Both the position numbers and the translations under genes were made by a program. Of a stretch of 64,000 bases of DNA, positions 57,238 through 64,000 are shown piece by piece. Location: positions 1-64,000 of the forward strand of contig LRSL01000095.1 in NCBI GenBank assembly GCA_001563335.1, written 5' to 3'. The first letter of the stretch is position 1, and each line of letters opens with the position of its first letter. A model generated the notes under the pieces. It was not told the DNA's origin and ran no database searches. It saw only the letters and a list, made by a program, of their open reading frames with translations. This DNA comes from Candidatus Thorarchaeota archaeon SMTZ1-45. GTDB taxonomy: Archaea; Asgardarchaeota; Thorarchaeia; Thorarchaeales; Thorarchaeaceae.

Positions 57238-60041
57238 ATGTATTGAGTCGGCTTATATCAGATGCCCCACAGGTTCTTGCGACACTTCTTATTTTCTCAT
57301 TATCAGCAGGAGTTTTTGGTGGAGTTCTAATATACATGGATAGTGCTGGGCCTTATGTGTTGACTGAAATGGCTGATGATGCACCAATTCATATGGTGGT
57401 GGATTTCACAGATTATTTCTATGATCAGGATCAATTCACTTCAACTGATATTATTGAAATAATTGAGTCTCAGAATGGAATTCATAACGCTGAACATCTT
57501 CTTATAATTGACGCATCATTTGGCAATCTTCTTTGGACATCTTATTTCAAGAGGTATGTATACCTAGGTGTTGGCGAGTCCTTCTTTGATGAATTCTCTG
57601 ATGCTATACAATTACCTGAGGGGACACCTGCTCTAACTGATAATGCCTGCTACCTAGAGAGAAGCATCTTTGAAGGAGCGAATATCAGTATTGGCGATTA
57701 TTGTAACATATCAGTCGTTGTAGATATACCTTGGTGGAATGAGGTGGTTTTGGAAAGTCGTGAGTTCCTTGTGTTAGGCACATTTGAAACTGACCTGTGG
57801 GGCTCAATCGAGATTGAAGGTCACATCTATCCTAATTTGAGAGCAATTCTAACCAAAAATGCATTGCAATCTCAATTTGGTTTTGTTGGAATCGGAGAGA
57901 GGAATGGAATCATTGACAGTATTTGGGCAAAGTTTGATAATGCATTCCTTCAGTATTTCAATCCCTCTGAAGCCGAGGAGAATCTTCTGAATGCCAGGAG
58001 GAAAATAGAACAAAAAACAGCACCATTAGCGATTATTGGTGAGTATAAAGCTCTAGGTATTGTGCGTGGCTATTCAAGCTGGCAAAGTAGCATGACATCA
58101 ATCGCAATTGCATTCTCAATACCCACATTAGTCATGGGGATCATACTTGTTCACTACTCTACCAAACTTCTTTCTGATAGGCTTCGCCGCGACGTAGGCA
58201 TGTTGAGAGTCAGAGGCGCCAGTGGACGTCAATCACTCTGGTGGGTTCTAAGCACGACCACATTCACTGGTATAGTAGGAGGAATAGGTGCGATTCTCAT
58301 AAGTACATTAGCTGCAGTTCTATCCGGATCGGTTAGAGAGTTGTTCGTTTTTGATCCACTAGCAGAATTTGGCATCGTTCTACACTCCGCTGCAGTAATT
58401 GCTGTTTTTCTCTTCTCATTTTTCATTGGTTTTGTAGCATCAACAGCATCAACAATCAGGGTATTGCTTATGATGCCAACCAAGACACACGATGAGATGG
58501 AAACAGAAACATCAGAGAGTGAATACATGACCAACCCTTTTGTGGATGTTATTGCCCTCATTTTCTCTGGGATTGTATCTATGCAGTTACTTCTCCTTCT
58601 GGGTCAAGGAATGAATGCAAGCTGGCAGATTTTAGGACTTGTAATCTTGATGATTGGCGTGTTTGTGGTTTCCTTCACTAGATTCCTATCTCGTTTCGCA
58701 GGACCAATCAAATATCGATTAATGGAAAGGATTCATCGGCGGCAGCTACTTGTAGGCACAAGAGTTGTGGGCAGAACAGCTAAGATGAAAATTAGTAGTG
58801 AAGCCCTTGGAGTGATGTTCATCGCATTGGTCTTTACTGCAGGTACATTTTCTGCAATTGCCTCAAGCACAGGATCTATGCAGATACGAAATCTAAGGTC
58901 ATTTGAAATTGGTGCCGACATTGTTGCAGAAACGCATCCATTTCAAAATAATTTCACTTTAGATATTTTCGATATGATATCTACTATTGAAGGAGTAAAA
59001 GAAGCCAGCGCTATGCTAGAGGTTCATGCAACAGTCCACTATTATACTGTAGGTCCTGTTATAACTATTCTTCATGACCGGGTGATAACAGTATATGGCG
59101 TGCAACCTAGTAAATGGGCCCATACTGCTTTTCTTCTTCCTTATTTTACTGCTGAACATGAACCTAAAGTTGCATTGGAGATAATCGAAGAGGAAGAGAG
59201 TAATGTCATATCATCATTCAAACCTGTATTAGGTTACAATATAGCTCCAGACGGTATGTACAGCAAGATCTATGGAGATCACATAGAGATTGACCTTCAA
59301 GATGGAATACCTGAAAACTACCTCAATTTGACTATAATAGATATTATGTCTGAAGACGAGGAGATAGATAGCGCAGCATATATGCCAGGATCTCCCGATA
59401 ATAGTGATTTTATCATAATGAATCTAGAGCTGCTACATGACCAACTGAATTCAACAAAAGTGAGTAGAATTTATGTCGATATTGAGGAGGGGGCAAATTA
59501 TACTCGAATAATGGATGACATTAAGAAAATAGCACCTTATAGCTTCTCCATAATCCGCTCCTCTTTACAGGCCATTGATGAGGTCTTTGATTCAAGAGGT
59601 GCAAGTACAATTCATGGAATCTACACATTGAATGTTCTTTTCTCTGTACTTTATTTGACAATAGGGATCTCAATTATAGCTGGTGATAAGAACCGCCTGT
59701 ACAGGAAACAATTTGCGATTCTACGAGCAATGGGGTCCGATTCCACCACAATTCAGTCAGCAATGCTATTTGATATTATAATCAATATCGTTTTGTCATC
59801 TGTGATTGGGATGGTGACTGGTCTAGTATTGAGCGGCATGGTCCTAGGAACGCCTCTAATGTATATGGGTGTATCAGAAACCTTGCCCTGGAATCATCTG
59901 CCTATTTCACTATCAATTCCGTTCATCCAGTTGGGAGGAGTATATCTTATTGGTTATTCTTTTCCCCTGATTGCCACGCTTCTTGTTACGAGAAGAAATC
60001 TTCGTAATGACATCGCTGAAAGATTGCAAGATGCTGATTGA
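57234..60041 (+). CDS. FtsX/MacB-like ABC transporter permease
   Basis: DVGMLRVRGAS, FAILRAMG and IGADI motifs; overlaps the upstream permease by 4 nt. Confidence 0.85.
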   Translation: MNVLSRLISDAPQVLATLLIFSLSAGVFGGVLIYMDSAGPYVLTEMADDAPIHMVVDFTDYFYDQDQFTSTDIIEIIESQNGIHNAEHLLIIDASFGNLLWTSYFKRYVYLGVGESFFDEFSDAIQLPEGTPALTDNACYLERSIFEGANISIGDYCNISVVVDIPWWNEVVLESREFLVLGTFETDLWGSIEIEGHIYPNLRAILTKNALQSQFGFVGIGERNGIIDSIWAKFDNAFLQYFNPSEAEENLLNARRKIEQKTAPLAIIGEYKALGIVRGYSSWQSSMTSIAIAFSIPTLVMGIILVHYSTKLLSDRLRRDVGMLRVRGASGRQSLWWVLSTTTFTGIVGGIGAILISTLAAVLSGSVRELFVFDPLAEFGIVLHSAAVIAVFLFSFFIGFVASTASTIRVLLMMPTKTHDEMETETSESEYMTNPFVDVIALIFSGIVSMQLLLLLGQGMNASWQILGLVILMIGVFVVSFTRFLSRFAGPIKYRLMERIHRRQLLVGTRVVGRTAKMKISSEALGVMFIALVFTAGTFSAIASSTGSMQIRNLRSFEIGADIVAETHPFQNNFTLDIFDMISTIEGVKEASAMLEVHATVHYYTVGPVITILHDRVITVYGVQPSKWAHTAFLLPYFTAEHEPKVALEIIEEEESNVISSFKPVLGYNIAPDGMYSKIYGDHIEIDLQDGIPENYLNLTIIDIMSEDEEIDSAAYMPGSPDNSDFIIMNLELLHDQLNSTKVSRIYVDIEEGANYTRIMDDIKKIAPYSFSIIRSSLQAIDEVFDSRGASTIHGIYTLNVLFSVLYLTIGISIIAGDKNRLYRKQFAILRAMGSDSTTIQSAMLFDIIINIVLSSVIGMVTGLVLSGMVLGTPLMYMGVSETLPWNHLPISLSIPFIQLGGVYLIGYSFPLIATLLVTRRNLRNDIAERLQDAD

Positions 60042-60236
60042 TACGCATAAGATATGTGCGAAGTTACTCTTGAAAAATGTTGAACTTTCTGACTTCTTAC
60101 ATAATTTTGATTCCCGAGTTGGTTTGTATTTTTAGCTCTTGATTCTTTCACAATATATCTAATGAAACCATGAGGTTGCAAGAATAATCGATTATATTAT
60201 GGTCGATGAAAATATTCCATCATCTCTATTGAGCCG

Positions 60237-60851
60237 GTGATTATTATGGCTGACGAACTGCTCTATAGAATACTCTTTGTTGCACTCTATGCTTTATTTT
60301 TCAGTGTCAGAGGATACTATCGATTCGTAAAATCAAGACGCGAAGGACCAGAAATAGTCGATGAACGAAAGCCATTTGGAAAGGCTGAAGCAGTGATGAG
60401 CTTTGCAATCATTGGATACTTTGCTTCAATAATTCTGTACCTGCTCAATCAACCCTGGTTTGCATGGTCTCAGTTCCCAAATTATCCAGAATTTGTGCGC
60501 TGGGTTGGTGTTTCTTTGGCTCTCATAAGCACACCTTTCCTATGGTGGATTCACAAAACATTGGATCGTCAATATTCTGCCTGTCTGCAGATCAAGGAGA
60601 GCCATATGCTAATCACCGAAGGCCCATATGCGCGAGTCCGGCATCCAATGTATACTGTCCTTAATATGTTCTCTTTTGGACTCGCTTTAGTAACTGCGAA
60701 TTTCCTTGTTGTTGTCTTTGCAGCACTTGTCGTTATTCCATTTCCATTTGTAGCACGGAAAGAGGAACTGATGCTGTTAGAAACATTCGGTGAGGAGTAC
60801 TCCGAGTACATGAATCGGACTGGTCGATTTTTTCCCAAATTAAGCAAATGA
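60237..60851 (+). CDS. Isoprenylcysteine carboxyl methyltransferase (ICMT/PEMT) family membrane protein
   Basis: HMLITEGPYARVRHPMY, EE..L...FGEEY.EY...TGRFFP. Confidence 0.9.
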   Translation: MIIMADELLYRILFVALYALFFSVRGYYRFVKSRREGPEIVDERKPFGKAEAVMSFAIIGYFASIILYLLNQPWFAWSQFPNYPEFVRWVGVSLALISTPFLWWIHKTLDRQYSACLQIKESHMLITEGPYARVRHPMYTVLNMFSFGLALVTANFLVVVFAALVVIPFPFVARKEELMLLETFGEEYSEYMNRTGRFFPKLSK

Positions 60852-60887
60852 TATCGCGTGTCAAATCTAATGGACTAGCTGTCTATC

Positions 60888-61616
60888 TTACATCGGTCGA
60901 TAAATCTCAGTGGGCGGGTCAATCTCAACAATTGTTTGATTATCGGTGCTCCAAGATTCAATATTACCTGCCCAACTCGGTTGGATCTCTCCTCTAGGCC
61001 GCAGGTAGACTTGCACCCAGTCATGAGGTGCAATCATGACGTGCCACGCAAGCTCCATCTCCCATTGAGCAGACTTGAAGAGATAGTGCCCCACTATCAA
61101 GATGCCTGCTCCATTATGGATTGGTGTCCATGAAGTGGTTTCATTGATACCAAACTCTGGGTGAGTCGATTTAAGATAATCAATGAACACATCTTGTTTT
61201 TCAAGGACCTCAGTTAGTCCTTCGAAGGTCCAGTTCAAAACATGGAGGAACGCAGAATCATGAGCAACCAACTCTCCCCATGTGAAAACAACCTCGACCT
61301 CAATGCACATGTCTATGTGACTTGAATTAGGATAGAGGAACACCTCCAGAAGTGGTGTCTGAAACCAATATCTGTAATCCGTATCTATGGATGCATTAGT
61401 CTGAATTACAACATCATAGTCAGTAATTACAGTTGGTGAATCAATCTCAACTAGAAACCATCCAATTTCACCAGGACTTGTGTTTACGTTTTCTGGGATG
61501 AAGCTAACATCAAGCCGCACTGGATTTGAATCCAAGTAAAACAAAATTGCTACAAATGCACTAGATATTACAATCAATAATACAACGCCTGCAAGCAAAC
61601 GCTTGGTATCACTCAC
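60888..61616 (-). CDS. Membrane-anchored hypothetical exported protein
   Basis: N-terminal TM followed by a beta-rich domain. Confidence 0.7.
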   Translation of the reverse strand: MSDTKRLLAGVVLLIVISSAFVAILFYLDSNPVRLDVSFIPENVNTSPGEIGWFLVEIDSPTVITDYDVVIQTNASIDTDYRYWFQTPLLEVFLYPNSSHIDMCIEVEVVFTWGELVAHDSAFLHVLNWTFEGLTEVLEKQDVFIDYLKSTHPEFGINETTSWTPIHNGAGILIVGHYLFKSAQWEMELAWHVMIAPHDWVQVYLRPRGEIQPSWAGNIESWSTDNQTIVEIDPPTEIYRPM

Positions 61617-61701
61617 TCTCTACACCTGATGCGAATAGGATTTTCGAACAAATAAAATGATACTGAATTCAGCATTCTACAATGGCTATCAAACGAGGTC
61701 T

Positions 61702-62331
61702 CTATAGAAATTCAGCAGGAATTCGAACTGCATGGGTACAACGTTCATCTCCTTGAAGGAGTGACTCTGTCAGTTTGACCTCAATAGGTTGACCCAATAC
61801 TCCTTCCCAAAGCTGTTTCACCCAACCTCCAGAGCAACAACAGAAGGTTGATGAAATCTCATCATTGCTTCTTTTCACCAGACCACAATGACAATATGCT
61901 AGTCGTTTTTCCTCGTTGGTTGTTGCCTTCTTGTATGCCTTAGGATTATAGGGCACTTTAGTTATGTATATCCAATCATTTTTCCTGACCGGATAGTCAT
62001 AGAACGAACCTCCACCCCACGATGTGTCCTCCCACATCAGTTTCAGAAGATCGTCTAAATTTCCAAGTCGCTCGAGTGCAGCTCTCATCTCCTTGATTCG
62101 AGTCTTGGGATATTTGTGAGGACATGTGTCAATCATCACTAGATTTCTAATTTTTTCATCACATAGACTATCGAGTTTTTCCATTGCTGACTTGATCCAC
62201 CTGGTACGTTCTTCCTTTGCACGCTCACTCGAACCGGATGGTAGCTCATCCCACCCCTTAGCCACAATTTTCCTCACATCTTCTCCTGCTTGCTGTTCCA
62301 GGCTTTCAGCAAACTTTTGAAACCATTTCAT
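61702..62331 (-). CDS. Cys-rich V4R/DUF6144-like protein
   Basis: YCHC, FCCCSGGW.K..WE..LG.P..V.L.ESLL.GDERC pattern; start ATG 62331 after GAGGTGA. Confidence 0.7.
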   Translation of the reverse strand: MKWFQKFAESLEQQAGEDVRKIVAKGWDELPSGSSERAKEERTRWIKSAMEKLDSLCDEKIRNLVMIDTCPHKYPKTRIKEMRAALERLGNLDDLLKLMWEDTSWGGGSFYDYPVRKNDWIYITKVPYNPKAYKKATTNEEKRLAYCHCGLVKRSNDEISSTFCCCSGGWVKQLWEGVLGQPIEVKLTESLLQGDERCTHAVRIPAEFL

Positions 62332-62494
62332 TTTACTCACCTCATGGGGTTGTGACGGCTCAGAATTGCAATTGATGCATACTGAATATTCATAACCTCC
62401 TTTTTGTCTATATAGCTCGCAAGTTCCGAGAATTAGTTCCTCATAAGTGATCACTACCCAAAGATATTTAACAATAGTTAATTATTATCGGAAC

Positions 62495-62920
62495 ATGACT
62501 GTTTCGGAAAACATTGAATTGGTCAAGCAAGCAACTGGCGCCTATAACAGAGATGGTGCCGAAGGAATGGCAGAGTTCATGGATGATGATGTTGTCGACC
62601 ACTTTGCTAGTGGTCGAACGCCTCTAGAAGGTAAAATAGCATTTATTGAGGACAACATTGCATTCGCCAAGATCTTCGCGAATCTTCGGGCTGATATTAC
62701 CAACAGCTTCGGTCAGGATGATTGGGTGTGTATTCAGGGTCATATAACAGGTACTCACCAAGGAACCTTTACACTCCAGAGTGGAAAACAACTCGCACCA
62801 ACTGGAAAAACCATTCGAATTCCATTTTGCAATGTAATCAAGCTGAAGGATGGAAAGATAGCCGAAATTCACGAATATTTTGATCAGTTGAATTTCATGA
62901 CTCAACTCGAAGCAGCATAA
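62495..62920 (+). CDS. SnoaL-like/NTF2 ester cyclase family protein
   Basis: TGTHQG.F...APTGK and DGKIAE..EYFD; likely start ATG 62495. Confidence 0.88.
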   Translation: MTVSENIELVKQATGAYNRDGAEGMAEFMDDDVVDHFASGRTPLEGKIAFIEDNIAFAKIFANLRADITNSFGQDDWVCIQGHITGTHQGTFTLQSGKQLAPTGKTIRIPFCNVIKLKDGKIAEIHEYFDQLNFMTQLEAA

Positions 62921-63018
62921 TTGGTTTCTTTCAAGGATCCAATATTACAGTTGTATTATTGAACAGTGTGCATACTGGCTCATTCTATGTAACTATCTTG
63001 CGTTATGGAGGGTAAAAA

Positions 63019-63429
63019 TTGGCATCTAACACGGGATTGACACAAGGTCTAGGTAGACGCCTTTTGACCTGGAGCATTCTGAACGTCATTATTGGTGGTC
63101 TGTTTTTCTTCATCTCTCCTTTTTCTTTTTTGAAAGGTATTGGCCTTCAGGGAATACTCTGGGGGTTAATTGATGCAGTAATTGCTTTGTTCACTTTATT
63201 CAAACAAAATACTCAACTAATAGAGAAAATTTCAAAGGTTCTACGTATTAACATCGTATTAGACATCGGTTATCAACTAGTTGGAATAACATTACTGGTT
63301 TTTTTCTGGCAGGACGCTTTTCTCGCTGGGAATGGACTTGGAGTGATTATTCAAGGATTATTTCTATTTTTTTTGGATCTTTATTATTACTTAAGATTCA
63401 ACCAACTATCTCACAATGGAAAATCATAG
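63019..63429 (+). CDS. Small 4-TM membrane protein (paralog of 50766..51155)
   Basis: Shared motifs with the paralog; TTG start after GGAGG. Confidence 0.75.
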   Translation: MASNTGLTQGLGRRLLTWSILNVIIGGLFFFISPFSFLKGIGLQGILWGLIDAVIALFTLFKQNTQLIEKISKVLRINIVLDIGYQLVGITLLVFFWQDAFLAGNGLGVIIQGLFLFFLDLYYYLRFNQLSHNGKS

Positions 63430-63504
63430 TGTCATGTAAATGAATGCTCGGCACTATTTTAGTGCATAATTTATATTCCAGTAGACTGATGTTTCTTGAT
63501 TATT

Positions 63505-64000
63505 ATGAGTTCTAATGAAACGTATGAAGTACGTTCCAGCGGTGAATCTCCAATTTCCTTTTCTTATTTGAAGAAGTTCAATCTTTACGCTGGCGTTCTT
63601 CATCTTTTAACAGGCGTGTTGATGCTCTTCCTAGGTCTTACCTTAGAGTGGTCACAGGATGTATACACTATCTACCTTGATTTTGAGATTATCAGCTTTG
63701 ACCCATTTGAGTTTCTAGTGCAACCCACACCAGCAGTTCTCTTCACTTTGACTAACATAGGAGTTATACTTGCATCTTTTCCATTGATGTCTGCACTAGC
63801 TCATTTTCTCATTGCATTTCCGCTAAATGACAAATATGTGGAGAATCTAAAGAAAGGTATGAATCCCTACAGATGGTACGAGTATTCTGTGTCGAGTTCC
63901 GTGATGATTTTCCTAATCACATTTCTCCTTGGAATATGGGACCTCTGGTCACTTGTGATGATTGTAGTGCTCAATGCCATGATGATAATGTTTGGTTATC
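63505..64000 (+). CDS. heR: Heliorhodopsin (3'-truncated by the window edge)
   Basis: Manual translation: MSSNETYEVRSSGESPISFSYLKKFNLYAGVLHLLTG...LMSALAHFL...KGMNPYRWYEYSVSSSVM...NAMMIMFGY. Shows the RWxEY counterion motif and conserved His residues; the retinal-binding Lys is outside the window. Confidence 0.9.
   Translation, partial: MSSNETYEVRSSGESPISFSYLKKFNLYAGVLHLLTGVLMLFLGLTLEWSQDVYTIYLDFEIISFDPFEFLVQPTPAVLFTLTNIGVILASFPLMSALAHFLIAFPLNDKYVENLKKGMNPYRWYEYSVSSSVMIFLITFLLGIWDLWSLVMIVVLNAMMIMFGY

Noticed and set aside
1-64000. Genome-wide TAG or TGA reassignment
   Set aside because: Several well-conserved genes (FAH, DUF35, Lrp, thiolase-like) end at TAG or TGA at their expected C-termini.

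Overview
This is a gene-dense archaeal chromosomal segment, most consistent with an Asgard archaeon of the Thorarchaeia type. That placement is an inference from GGTGA/GAGG ribosome-binding sites, TTTA[TA]A boxes, frequent GTG/TTG starts, a longin-like protein, a heliorhodopsin and expanded TPR, FtsX-like and surface-protein families. No rRNA, tRNA, CRISPR array or recognisable transposase/integrase was seen. Metabolic genes: acyl-CoA dehydrogenase with a DUF35 protein, a leuBCD/hac-type operon divergent from an FAH-family gene, a PHP phosphatase, panB, glnA, a kinase-M23-class III aminotransferase fusion, a Thr/Ser dehydratase, and two Cys-less thiolase-like genes with two DUF35 genes. There are also several membrane-anchored surface proteins and proteases. 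Most notable: (1) a subtilase with the domain order of eukaryotic site-1 protease, head-to-head with (2) a P2A-like ATPase whose TM4 PEGL motif reads PINI; (3) a cassette-like tandem array of four TPR-like paralogs with conserved ends, variable centres and homologous 66-67 nt spacers; (4) two highly structured, riboswitch/attenuator-like leaders upstream of glnA and an MFS gene; (5) a heliorhodopsin missing from the ORF track and cut by the window end; (6) four genes interrupted by stops or frameshifts, one by a single in-frame TAG. All family assignments come from motif recognition by eye, without database searches.
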